Assembly: GCA_051362555.1 (NCBI GenBank)
Contig: CM120647.1
Coordinates: 17,522,651 to 17,586,650, forward strand
DNA: 64,000 bases
Origin: Lingula anatina
Taxonomy: Eukaryota; Animalia; Brachiopoda
Direction of reading: 5' to 3'
Made by a program: the position numbers and the translations under genes. The notes below the pieces were generated by a model. The model saw only the letters and a list, made by a program, of their open reading frames with translations, did not search any database and had not been told where the DNA came from. Shown in pieces: positions 48,401 through 62,100 of the stretch (within the stretch, counting starts at the first letter, position 1; each line of letters opens with the position of its first letter).

Positions 48401-51400
48401 TCTTTTTTCAATTTATCATACGCACGTTAGGAAGAATTTGTGCTCTCTATACAAAACTGTTCAGATAAAAATTCTCTTCAAATAATAACAAAATAATATA
48501 ATGCATATAGAATACTATTAACTTTTAAAATGTTTTCACGTTCGCCCGTCTAGCATTTATTATTTTTTCATATAATAAAGCAATAAGTTTTTCTTATTCA
48601 GTTAGGAACTATATAATTTTAATTCATTTGTACTAGGTAACACGATGACGTAAACTCACCCTTCAAAAGGAAACGGCTCAATGTATGCTAATTAATGATA
48701 ATGTATGTTTACTATGCCCAACAATCAGATAGGGGGAGCTGTTTGCTTCTTGATGGCCAAGATAAAAGCAACAAATCACAGTTATTAGCGGCGAGCAATA
48801 AACCACTGACCGGTGTTTTACATTCTGAAAGACTACTTAGGTGGTATGAATGAAATTGAAATTTAAGTGCTTATTTGCCGGCAAAAAATATTGCATTTTA
48901 AACATTGACAAGCTGGTTAACATCAGATATGAGCATTATTTTTATTTTTCATGATTGCTCTTTACGGAAAGGCAATATTAATTTTGATACTGTAGTCATT
49001 GATTCAAAACTGTGAATTTTAATCTATAGTTCGGGAATTGTGGCTTTCAACAATATATTTTAATGTAGTTGACTGGATTCTTGTAACAAACTATTATTCT
49101 AAACTGTTTACCGAAAAATACGAGACTATTTATAAAAGGAATTTAGACAGACGGACAAAAGTTATAAAACCCTCTGATAAACAGAAATTTCTACAAAGTA
49201 ACGGAAATAAGGTTATTAAAACAACAGTGTTTGCCGTTGCATTTTTAAGGTAAGGGAATGAAAAACAAATACTCATTTAATCAGTCGGATCCCTTTTCGC
49301 CAATAAAGCGTCTACGTCGTCTTTTAATGTTATTCCATTTTATTTCAGTTTTATCAAAATCATTATATATCATTATATTATAATAATATAAGTTGAATAA
49401 GGATGACAATATGGTTTTACTTAATTTTATCTTAATCTTAAAGAAAAAGGTAGAAAAAATAATTAAACAGGCTCACGTCATTTACTTTCATCATAAAAAT
49501 GTCCTATTTCATATGAGTTTATTATAATTGTCAGACATTTAATTCTTTGCTCTTGGAAAAATTATACAGCTAAAAACAAAATGGTGTTAATTTCTTTTTG
49601 AAAAAAAGATAAAGAGAAGAAATAAATTTTCAGAAAATCAACCTATATAGCCTGTTCTCGGAAAAAGCACACGGGGAACCGGAATAGGACTTATTCCTGG
49701 CTGGTTCACTGTGCTATCTTAGCAATCGAATATGACAGTGCCATTAACAATAGGTGCATTGTTAACAAAGCAAAGACTCTGTTATCGAAAATCATCTTAA
49801 AACGCGGTGCCGATAATGCGTTATCAGTCGCCTCTTCCAGTTCCTGTGTTCGGCGGTTACGTCTTATGTCCGGTCTTGAACAGCGCTAGGCATGATGGGA
49901 CAGAGACAGGAAGAGAGAGAGAGATGCGATCAGTACTTTGAACTTGAGGGTGACTTCCGACCAAGTCCATGTTTAGCGATAGAACGATATGTATAGAAAG
50001 CGATAAACGAAACATCTTGATGTTATCTTTTTTCTTTAGTACTTCTTTTCACGAAAGATGCCAGGGTGACCAGAATGTTTTCATGCTTTAAGATGTAAGA
50101 ATTGGAATAATAATCAAGTTATCAATCATATACCTTTTACATCTGTCAAGAAAGACAAAAACCGAGTTACTTAAAATCTGAAAAAATTCCGACAATAAAA
50201 ATTCCATCTCGTTATCGCGTTGCAGAATCGTGTTATTGCCAAGAGCGTTTTCTTTGCAAAAGGATTGGTAATATCTCCCCACAGATTGTATCGGAATCGG
50301 TGTTATTTTTATAGTCTTCTTATTAAGATAGCCTTGCTTTAGACGTTCCTTTTAATTATTTATTTTCAAAATTGATGAAGTACACTTTGACATGAACACA
50401 ACATCCTCTTCCGTTTGATAAATCTACAGCGCAACGATACCACGTAATACATCATAATAATTAGCCACCCAAAAGCAAGAACAGGATCCTCATTGTGGTT
50501 GTGTGGTAAATCTTGTTTATATCCGCTGATTCATGTCATTTTATCTGTTTGAGAAGCAAAATGGCGCTTGGATCTTTCACTCCAGATGATGGCTAATAAT
50601 AATATTATTTTAATCGCAAAGAATAATCATTATCTTGACCTGCATTCCCTTTAAATATTTTATCTAATTACAACCAAAAAGAAACTGTAAGAATATCATT
50701 ATACTTGGGAATTTTCTACTGTGAACAGCATTACTATATCATGTCACTTAATAATGAAGAATTATGGAACCGTTTTTCGTGGACTAAAAGTAATAATTAG
50801 GATTGGGGCGAATGGAGGATGGAATCTTCATGATCCCACCCCTAATCTAATTGATATCCTGGTGGATCCTTCAAGTTCTCATACATTTGGTGAGAAAGAA
50901 CCCGCGTCATCCACCGCAGAATTTCTAACACGCCAGACCGTTACAGTGCGTCCTCCAGAACGTGAGAAATCGGTACCTTGACAGGGTGGGAACGACGACC
51001 GTTAAACCCAAACCGTTAGAACTCGAAGATCCGTTAATTGGCGGGTCTCCCTTGTTTTATCTGCGACCGAGATCGCTGTCCGATACGGTGTCCACTCTCA
51101 CCGAGATGAAGCTGATGATGATGATGGGGACCAGGATGGGACGTCTAGGGGCCATTTTGGTCACCGCGGCGTGAAAATATGGACTGCAAAGGATTATGGG
51201 AGTACCCTGAGTTTCAAAGGTCACACGCAAACCGCCTCTTTACTATAGTACTGGAAACGGTATGGGCATGCTGATAGTGGAGAGTAGAGCTTCTAATGAC
51301 ACCTGGAACCCAGGGTGCGTGATAGGATAGGAGGCGGGGTTCGGTATCAGAGGTCTGTATGCAAAATATAATTACAGCGATGGGGAGTGAGATACCGGCT

Positions 51401-54400
51401 GAAGATCAACGGAATGGCGGGTTCTCAAGGAAGGATAGTCGTCGCGTGAGGAGGGAGCTGTTCCCACACCTGGTGACCGCATTGCGATGGTATAAAGGCC
51501 GGGGTCTGGGACGCAGTGGTGTGAGTTGAGCTGTGGTCAGTTGGCCTGACTGGACACAGCAGTGGACAGCGTCTGTTGCTGAGGTAGTAGGAATGGTAGT
51601 AGTGATAGTGGACGCACAAATGGGCACACTGGCGGCTGATTGCAAGGCCACTGTGCAAGGCTACCCGAGAAGACATCGATGCGTATGCAGGGTGACTCAA
51701 CCGGCAGGGCACTAAGCGTAACTTTGGCAACCGTTACCGCGACAACCGTTACGTAGGCAACCACGAAGTTGCGAAATGGGTGATATTTTGTGGTGGTTTT
51801 CGTCATTGCTGTTCCCTCCCCCAGAGGGCAATGACTTGCTCACTTCCACGCTATGACACGTAGATGAAACAAGCACTTGAAGAATAGCGCGCTGCAACAG
51901 GGAAAGATGAGATCCGAGGGAAAGAAAAACATGTCAAGTCTCCTGGTTTGGGAACCTGTTTCGCTCAGGTCAGGCTATGACAAACTGCCCTTTGCGAAGG
52001 TTTCCATCCCAGAGCTTGTTAAACCGTCACCAGCGTCACTCTCCGACCAGACTTAAACCAGCCGTGAAACATGGATACCAATACATTGTGCTGTTTAATT
52101 TACTTTCGATAAGATTTTATACAGAGGCAATGAGATCCTAGTGATGTCATACAAAGAAGACAGAGACGGGGTCCCTGTTTCTCAGCGTGCTTTTATATCT
52201 ATATTGGTTGGATACTTTTAAAATTCTTTTTGCTTAATCTTGAAGTGGCTTGAACCAGGTGTTCATTTTACGCTTCATGCTGTCTTAAACATACATGCAT
52301 TAATGACGTCTGGGGTACATTTTGGAAACACTTAACGTTGCAGAAAAGATGTCTTGACACTCACTTGAAGAAGAAGCACAGGTTAAGATTAGGGACTGTC
52401 TTGTGAAATTTCAGAAAAAAATCTCAAAAAAATGACAGCTTTATATACTTGAAGAAACGCATCGCAGTTGGCGTTTTCGCTGAGAGAGAGATGGGTCGGC
52501 TTTTGTTATTTTTTTAATAAACATATACGTCTCACAATTGAATTTCATGAAGGTTCGAGACCGGCACTATAAGACACTCAACGCACAATATATTCTTATC
52601 ATCGTAATAGTTTTTTATATAAAAATATGTGAGCAGTATAAACTCCGTATGCGTGACGTGTGTCATAGAGAGACTAATGGTCTAACACGTAGTGATGCAG
52701 ACCGGGGCTACAGCAGGCTAATTTTAAGTCTCTCCTGACGATTATGATTTAGGTTTTGTTGTACCTCAGTTGTTTTCTTGATGAATATTGGATTCAGACA
52801 CCGTCGAATCTGGACGGCAGAGAGCATATAAAACACTCCTGGGCCGTTCCTGTTTAAAGTCAAACGCTGCCATTGATCAGGGTTTTTTTCTGTGCTTTTT
52901 GCAACATGTAAAAGTCATTTTAATTGGATAGATTATTTCATGTACAATATCTTGTGGAAATGTGATAAAAGTTTTGAGTTTTTTTTTCTTTTTTCATACG
53001 CGTTCGAATTAAGATATAGAATTTCATGATTACAGACGGAAAAATGATAAAACAACAGAATAGAAGTTAAAAGTATCCGTTATCTAACCCAGGGATGGCA
53101 TCTCCCCTCATTGTCGCACTATCTCTGCAGGAAATCCACTCCCGTGTCTCAATTATCAACTAAATACCGGCCTTTATCTGACGCAGTGCCCGTTATGTTG
53201 GAGAATTAACGTACTTAGGGCCATCTTACCCGTCTCTCATCTGGAACGCCTTACGACAAGTGTATATCTGATTTGGCTGCGCCCCGTCATCCATCTTGTA
53301 AATTATACCCCTGGATTATATATAAACTGCAGATAAAGTTTGTTCTCTCTCTCTCTCCCTCTCCACTTGTATTAAGACTTATATTCACTATCATATTCCT
53401 TATTATTCCTTGCCGTTAAAGTTTGTTCTCTCTCTCTCGTCGTGCACTAAAAACTTATATTTAATATCATATTCCTTATTATTTCTTGATGACTTTCCCA
53501 TCTTGCTTTCCCGTAGATTGTACGAAAATGAAAAATATGGTAAAAATTTTAAATCACAAAATTTTAAGGTGCTGCACTTACTTATTAAGCAAAAGTTCAA
53601 GCTAAAAGGTCTAAATTTTGTACAGTATTAGCTTGTCCAAGTATTTGTATCTTCATACTCTTATTTTAACCTGCATGTAAGTAAATACACAGTGCGAGTT
53701 TGTGATATTGGAATGTGTGACTCATTCAGGTGTCTTATACAAATAATAAATTATAATTGTAAACAAATAACTCTGGTATCTCCATGTTATTAATCTGTGG
53801 TGTGTTTGTGGCTAAATTAATGGGTGGGGGTGGTTGTACGTAAAATTGTATTAAGCATATAAAACAATATAGAATATACTGCAAGTCGCTCACTATTGTG
53901 TGTGTATGTATGTATGTATGTATGTAGATCCGTGTCAACGTTGCTAATGCAATTATTTCATCAATGATTTACAAGCATCAGATTCTTTATACAATATATA
54001 ATGCAAAAGAAAAATTTGATGGTTTAAAGACACGGCATTTGAAGGACGGTTCGGTAAACATATACGTTCAAAGTCTGCTTTTGTCTCTTAATTAAAATGT
54101 ACGACTGATTAAGTATTGCGTCTGTTAAAAAAGTTTGCAAAACAAATTCTACCACACGACTTTTACGTCTTTAACTTCGGTCTTTTCTTCGGATACCACG
54201 GCAGCAATTTAAATTAATCTCTAAAAATATTGTTGAGTTATAGAAACACATATGATGTAAATTTCACTCAAAAAAGTGGTCTAAACACAAGAAGCAATAA
54301 ATGTATTTCTTAAATAACTCTGAATATTAAAAATATACTGTCAGTGAAGTTCCCAAAATGAACAATTTCTCTAATATATCATATCATATTTCTAACAACA

Positions 54401-56086
54401 GAAATACCCACACAATGTAACGCTAGTCAAAATGATACATATAATACGCACATTTAGGAAAATAGCTGCAGTTTCTTATACTGCAAATAAAAGACGCTAG
54501 CATGTTATATGGCTGTTAATTACACTTGTGTCGCTTTATCTCCTGTGCGGGGAAGGGAAAGATGAAAATTACGGTGGAATAGACCCTATCGTAATACAGA
54601 ATCTACAGGTGTACAGATTATTTGATTGTAGTGTGGATAATTTCTCAGCATCCATCACTACAATCTACCAGGATGACAGGAATTTTTTTCCACTTGATAT
54701 TCACGGCTATAATTCAGGTTATTATAGTATTGACTAGCCATGAAAAATGTTGTACTGTAACCACTTTAACTACTACTACTGCTGCTACTGCAATCTTTAT
54801 CCCCGATAGTGTATATGTTACATATTCATCGCCTCAATAAATGTTATTCTACAACCACAATCACGAACGTTTCATGATAGAAGGCCCACTTTTTTTTAGA
54901 AAAAGGATCCCCTTTAAGAAATTGCTGGCTACATGCCTGAATGCAAACAGTTCAGATAAAATGAAGACTATGTCGAAATGTATAACCAGCAAAGATGAAG
55001 TAAATTTTAAGAAACAAACAACGCCGACCTCAGAAGCATATTTTATTTTTGATATATTTTTTGCTAATTATGTATAAGAGCCGTTCAGGGATGCAAAAGC
55101 TGTTGCTTAATAAAAAGATATTAAAATAAATCCGAAAAATTACAGTAATATCGTGGGGGCATTTCGAGGCTGTGAGCGCCCCCCCCCCCTCCCACGATAC
55201 TAGTTTTTAATTTGTCTTGGGGATTTTAAGCGCTCTTTTCTCTTATCTACGGATCTAATTTATCGGTTGTATTTTACTAATGTGCGGTGTCCCGGCAAGT
55301 CCCCTGTTAGGAGTTAAGACCTTAGGTGCGTTTTCTATATTGATCAACTAAAATATAGATAAAAAAGAAAACGCCTCACCTTCGGCTTATCCGCCATCCT
55401 CAGGGACTCTTAAATAAATAAATAAATAAATAAAGGAATGACTTTTTAGGATACGTTAAGTAAATAGATGATCTGTATCGATGCATACTAAACTCAATTT
55501 ATTAAACTTAAAAGATCAACACGGCGATTGTGGTAAATCGACAGAACGCATTTTAGTGACGTCATCGGTATAAGTAGCTAAGGTTTGATGAAACTGGCCC
55601 AAGTTTTTAATGGGGAAATAGACAGTTTTTTTGCAGGAATGCAAATTATATAACGCAATTAACATTTTTCTAGTTTCCTAAATTGTGTGGTTATAGTATT
55701 GGAATGTCCATCTTTGCGTTATGTGTATTGATGCTAGTAGGCCTACCATCTGTTGCTCTTCTGTGATGGGTTAGGCCCTACTTATAATTTTAGTTATGTA
55801 GTGTGATATTTTTCTGTTGGCCAATAAATGTGATGTGTTAATAAAGGTCTATCTAATGTGACTACAAAGTATGAATGTTTCTGCAAGCCCGCTTGTGATG
55901 TCAAGAAAATGATCGATTATACTATAGGCCTAATTATTACTTGTAATAATGTCTTCAACAATTTACGGTGCTACCGAGTTTCGAGTTTTAAATTTCCCAT
56001 TAACAATCTACAGATTTACACACACAGTTTGGAGACTAATTTAATTATCATTTATCAAGTGAACGAAATTACATGAGGTCTTTGCA

Positions 56087-56130
<44 letters not shown>

Positions 56131-59100
56131 AGGGTCTAAAGATTACAAATTTTCGCCAATCTATTGAAAGACGACTTTTTTTAAAATAAATATTATTTTT
56201 CCTCTTTTAGTTGACAACTGTCAAGGGATCGTATGTCAAAATGGCGGCTCGTGCGTTCACCTTTTAAATGATCACGAGTGTCGATGTCTTCCTGGCTTCA
56301 GTGGAGAATTCTGCGAGATCAACCAAGGTGCGTACCAATTGTGGAATGTGTTAGGTGTGATAATGTTAACGCTGAACAATGTGCTTAAGCGGGCTTAAGG
56401 GAGATTGTGCTGCGTCAAACTGGCATACAGAGTCATCAACATAGTCTTGACTGTGTTGACTCTTTTCAAACACGTCCATTTATTGATGCTGCTGGAAGTG
56501 TAGAAGCAGACTGAGAAGAAGGGTAACATTTTTAGGGTTTGAAAAGGTTGTTTTATAAATATAGGACTGTGAAATAGCACATAACGTCGAAATATAAGCG
56601 ATAACAGTAATACTAATAGCCCTACTAGTAACAGGAAGAAGAAATCCACAAGCAATTTTATTTTTTACATTCCAGCGGCTAGTGTATTTACACAGTGGAG
56701 TCAATGGGGCGATTGTTCGGTGACCTGTGGCTTCGGAACCCAGACAAGAAATCGGGCTTGTCCCGGAGGAGCTGGTGCTTGCGGTGAAGGGCCGCTAAGT
56801 GAGACCAGGTTCTGCTTTTTACAGTAAGTATCTGTGTCATTGCAGCTCTCTCCGTGGTGTTTTCAATGTAAGTTATGTTTGGTGGCTGTGATGAAGATTG
56901 TTCACCATTATAAATTAGTTCCTTAGCAGAGCGATAGGTGGCGCTGACGTAGGGACTTTCGTTTTGAGCTAATATTTTCGTGCTTGCAAAGACTTATATG
57001 TAAACAGCATGTTTTATTGTATTGACGTGGTTTTGATATCTTGTTGAGCACTTGCATTGGTAAGTGATTTGTTTATGAACCTGGAAATACAATGTAGACT
57101 TTAATTGAACATAAAAGGAATAGATTTTTTTTAAAGTAGAAAAGTAACTAAAATTACTTTTCTATTACAAGATCAACATTTTGATTAAGTCCAAAATTTA
57201 CAATAAAGGTGAGCAATATTAATAAATTGTTATTATGGTACAACAGTAGTAAATTTACTAGGATGGTAGTAAAGCAAAGCAATATTTGCATGAAATATAT
57301 ATATTCTTCAGGTCCTGTACCACAGCTGGCTGGGCACAGTGGGGACAGTGGACAAGCTGCAGCGCCACCTGTGGTTCTGCAAACCGACAGCGAACGCGCA
57401 CATGCCCGTCTCCAAACCCTACAGCAGCATGCCCCGGTTCCGCCACACAAACCCAGCAGTGTTTTCTTCCCCAGTGTTCCCTCAATGCTGGCTATGGCCA
57501 ATGGAGCAGTTGGTCATCCTGCTCAGTGACCTGTGGTCAGGGTCAAGTGACAAGGACCAGGTTATGTGACAGTCCACCCCCATCCCCGGGGGGTCTTCCC
57601 TGTCAGGGACCGTCCACTGACTCCCTGATTTGTTTCTTACCCACGTGTCCTGTCAATGGCAACTGGGGACAGTGGGGGCAGTTTTCAACATGCACTGCGA
57701 CGTGTGGCCCTACTGCGACACAGACACGCACACGTGTGTGTAACAATCCGCCTGCTCAGTTCGGTGGAGCTCCTTGTCCAGGACCAGCGTCAGAAACGGT
57801 GAACTGTAATTTTCAGGATTGTCCCACCAGTTCGTACGGACCTTGGGGCCAGTGGAGCGCATGTCCTGTAACGTGCGGCGGTGCACAGCAGTTGAGAACA
57901 CGCGTGTGTAATGTTGTGAATGGTGTGCCCTGCCCAGGTTTGGCAACGGAGAGTCGCCCCTGTAATACGGATACATGTCGTAAGTGTTATTATATAATTT
58001 TGAAAAGTTATAGTATCCATATTCTTCAAACCTTTTGTGCCCTTCTTTCACCAATTGTTTCCTTTTTTTCTTCAAAAGGGTAGGTTCTTGGTTTCCAGTC
58101 ATTTTATTTCATTGGTTTTTGAGGTACTATGGAAACTACTTGTTAATTTCATTTACCTTATAAAGTTATGGTTTCATTACGGTCACAATTATTCCTTGGT
58201 TAATTTTAACTTTCCTTGTATCATGTAAATTATTCAAAGTAATGAACTCTGTGTCAGAAAGAAAAAGAATGACATCCAAATTTTCAACCTTTTGAAAGTT
58301 TAAGTTACAACTGTTATATGCTGAAAGATAATAGAAAAAGAAAAAAATTATTGACACATAGTTCATTCACCTCTCTTTATGAAGTTTCCAAGGAAATTGT
58401 ATGCTAAGAAGGCACAATATCCTAGGAAAATATAATTTTCTTGGTGACAATTTATATCCTTCCCTTTCCTATATTTCCTCTGAAACCCATGCAGGACAGC
58501 TAGTTATTTCACTGTGTGAAAATTTATTTAAGAAAGAGAAGTACCTAGCTGTTCTTAAAAAGGGCCTATATCCTGGAGGGTTTCTGGCTAATTTGGACTG
58601 AAAAATCTCTAATTTCTTTGGAAAATCCTCACTACCTGTTATCAGTGCTGGTGGCAAATCTGTTCATCAGTTGTTTGAAACCAATTGTTTAAAGGCACAT
58701 AATAATTAAGCTACAAATATTTATAATAACAAAATAAGTTTGTCTGCACTGATGGCAGATCTGTTCATCAATTGTTTTAAACCAATCGTTTAAAGGCACA
58801 GAATGACTACAGACTTTTATCAAAACAAGAGTTTTTTTTTTTTTTTTTGAAAATTTGCACACTTTTCCTTTATCCCCATTGAATGCAATATCCAAAACCA
58901 CTGCTGAAATTTCCAGGATTTTTTTAATATGAAGATTCAAATTGTATGCCTTTAAATCAAAAGACCCCCCCCCCCTTCACTAGGTACAGGCCTGATGTTT
59001 TTTCTTCCTCTCTCTCTCTTTCACTCTCTCCATCCCACTCCCCAACCTTAACCTGTATTTCTTCCTAACAGCTGTGAGGGACCCCTGTATCAACATTGTT

Positions 59101-62100
59101 TGTTTCAACGGTGGCTCCTGCCGTGAGGAGAACTCGCGGTTGTACTGTGTATGTCCGCCAGAGTACACTGGTTTACATTGTACGACCAGAATACAAGTGA
59201 CAGGTAGGTGTAGACACTATACCAGCTCCAAACTCTGGGGTGGCCAGGGTTTAGCTAGGGGGAGGGAAAAGGCAAAGGGTTGTCCTTTAGAATTTTACCT
59301 CATTTTATATGGAAAAATAGAAGATGATGGATGAGGACAATCTTACAGTAATTTGAAATTATTATAAGGGACAAGGGAAGGAGATGACTTGGTTTTTGTC
59401 TATTTTTGATTGTTATGCTTTTTTTTCTTTCAATGGGGGGGGGGGGGGGGGCATGGATTGAAATGATCTTAAATCACTTTTCTGTGAAAGATTCATTCTT
59501 CAGGAGTTTAAAGGTAAATGAAAAACAGACTTTTCATCTGAGAATAAATCCACTCTAGGGTGCATTTTCTCATTTTGAACGAACATCTTGGTAATAATAC
59601 ATTCTTGATTACATATATGAATTAACAAAGTTCACTGAGAGGTATGAATAGAAAAAAATTACTGGATTTGTTGGAGAGGTTGGATTCAAAGTCATGCAGA
59701 TAAGTCAAATTTATGACCACAGGCTGTCTGAAGGACAAGTGGTCATAAAGTAAGTGTCAAACCCTGTGCAGATGAAATGCATACAGATTCATTGACAAAC
59801 AGTTGAACTCCTGAATATATATAGGTCTTGAAATGTAGGAAAATAAATTTGCCCCTTTTCACATTTTAACTACAATATTGCATAATTTTATTATGTCTAC
59901 ATCCTGCTTGCAGCTGTGTGCAGACAGACCCCAACTGTCACAGGAGCCACATTTGTGCCGCAGCAGCCACAGTACGCAGAAGGCAGCGTGCTGACATACA
60001 CATGTAGCACTGGCTTTCAGCGGACGGCTGGGAGCACTACTGCCACCTGTCAGGGAGGGGGCTTTGTGTGGGGTACAGGCGGTGCCTTGGTCTGCACAAG
60101 TAAGTGGTCCTTTATTATTTTGTGAATATTCTAATTATTCTAATTGTATTAGTGGTGGATTTACAGAGAGCACTGCTGACGATGGATGATTTTTGCTACC
60201 TTAAAAATTTTTCGCATTTGGATTATTATGGTAAAATTTGTCTTACACTGAATATTACCCTTACTGAATATTACCCTAACTTTGTATACACAATGTATTT
60301 TTATTTTAATTTTTAAAGTTAATTTTGATTAATATGTAATTTTGATTTTGATTTGATATTTACAATTTTATTCCTGTGTCTAAGAGTGTGTTTTCTTTTT
60401 GGGTGAGTTTTATTCTACAAATAGGGAGAGAGTCTAGCGTCCTCAACTCCACCCCCCCCCCCCCCCCCACCCCACAAACCCACCCTGTGGTATCCACCTA
60501 CGTAATCACACCATAATTGTTAATTTTTTCCAGGAACCTGCCCTGCTCCAGTTGTCCCCGGGGCGACCTTCACCCCAGCAGCGGGACCCTACCTCCAGGG
60601 AGTAACAATAACGGCAGCATGTGGCATAGGATTTCTCCGTAGGTCTGGCTCCACCACAGCCACTTGTACCAATGGCTCATTTCAGTGGGGAACTGGGGGT
60701 GTACTGGTGTGTACAGGTAAGACAGGGGACAGACAGCCTTGTTACCATGGTGATCTTATATCAGACATGAGCTTTTTTTCTGGGGAAGCGCAGAATTCCA
60801 GGTTTTTTAAATGTAATTCTGATGGTTCCTGAGATTCGTCAAGATCTTGTGATAAATGCACCATGATAAATGTTCAGAGTTTTTTTTTTGTTTGTTTTTT
60901 TTTTTTTTTTTGAAACCTAGGCTCATGTCTGTTATATGCAAGGCATGAGATTTGGAGTTATCAGGATCATAGAATGAGAAAACCCATGGGGTGGGACTAA
61001 GTAGACGTAAACAGTGTACAGTAAAGGAAGGCTGTTTGTAGGCCTACTGTATTCCCTGTGGTGCTCAACCAAAAGCTGACTGATGGGAAAAAAAAGATGA
61101 TGATGAAAGGAAAATACCCCCCCTCCAAAATAAGAAAAAAAAAAGTTTCCAAAAACTTCCTCATATAAAAATTTTGGAGGCAGGGTGGCAACATTTATAG
61201 GGGTACCGATACATGTTCTTAAGATATTTCATAGAAATGCCTCTTCCCATTTATCATTATTATAAAAATATGTTAAATCTACAAATAAATATTGGCTTTT
61301 GCAAGCTTTTGTGTGTGAACTTACATGGGGTTACATTATATATTATCTATTCATAATATAATATAATATAATATAATATAATATAATGTAATATAATATA
61401 ATATAATATAATATAATATTCCAGTTAACAGAATACACAATTAAAAATATATGATAACTCAAATATTACAGCATCATGTGGGACTCCCCCAAGTGTGACA
61501 GGAGCAACATTTTCGCCAGCTGTAGGTCCTTGGGTAGAGGGCGCTGTAGTGACTTACAGTTGTAACGCTGGTTTAATACAAGCTAATGGTACTAGCACCA
61601 CTGCTACTTGTACCAATGGTGCTTTTCAGTGGGGCACCGGTGGTGCTCTGGTTTGTCAAGGTGATTAATATGATCTTGCATGCAATCAAATGCATATTTA
61701 AATAAAATATCTTTCTTAGGTATATAACTGAATTAAACTTGAGCCTTTACACATGCATATTAATTGCTCATTATTATCATTATTATTCATTTACTAAATC
61801 AGTATAAAGTGCTTACGGTACTTTATTAATTTTTTTCAGACTGATAACTTAAGCATACATAGATATCTGCTTTAACTTAAGGCTTGAGTCTTGTTTAACT
61901 CATAATTCATTGTGGTACTTCTATAACCAGTGTTTACAATGTTGATATGACGATGATTTTTATCTATATAAATGTATGACTGCATCTGTTAGCATGGATA
62001 ATTCCTAATTTAACAGCATCATGTGGGACTCCCCCAAGTGTGACAGGAGCGACATTTTCACCAGCTGTAGGTCCTTGGGTAGAGGGCGCTGTAGTCACTT

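Noticed and set aside
51537-51539. TGA of the nested ORF as selenocysteine or readthrough
   Set aside because: The downstream frame closes again after ~55 codons, and no SECIS could be identified by eye.
60762-60931. Short element with cagacatgagc/gctcatgtctg inverted ends
   Set aside because: Only an 11-bp inverted repeat and no second copy in the window; too weak to list as a feature.
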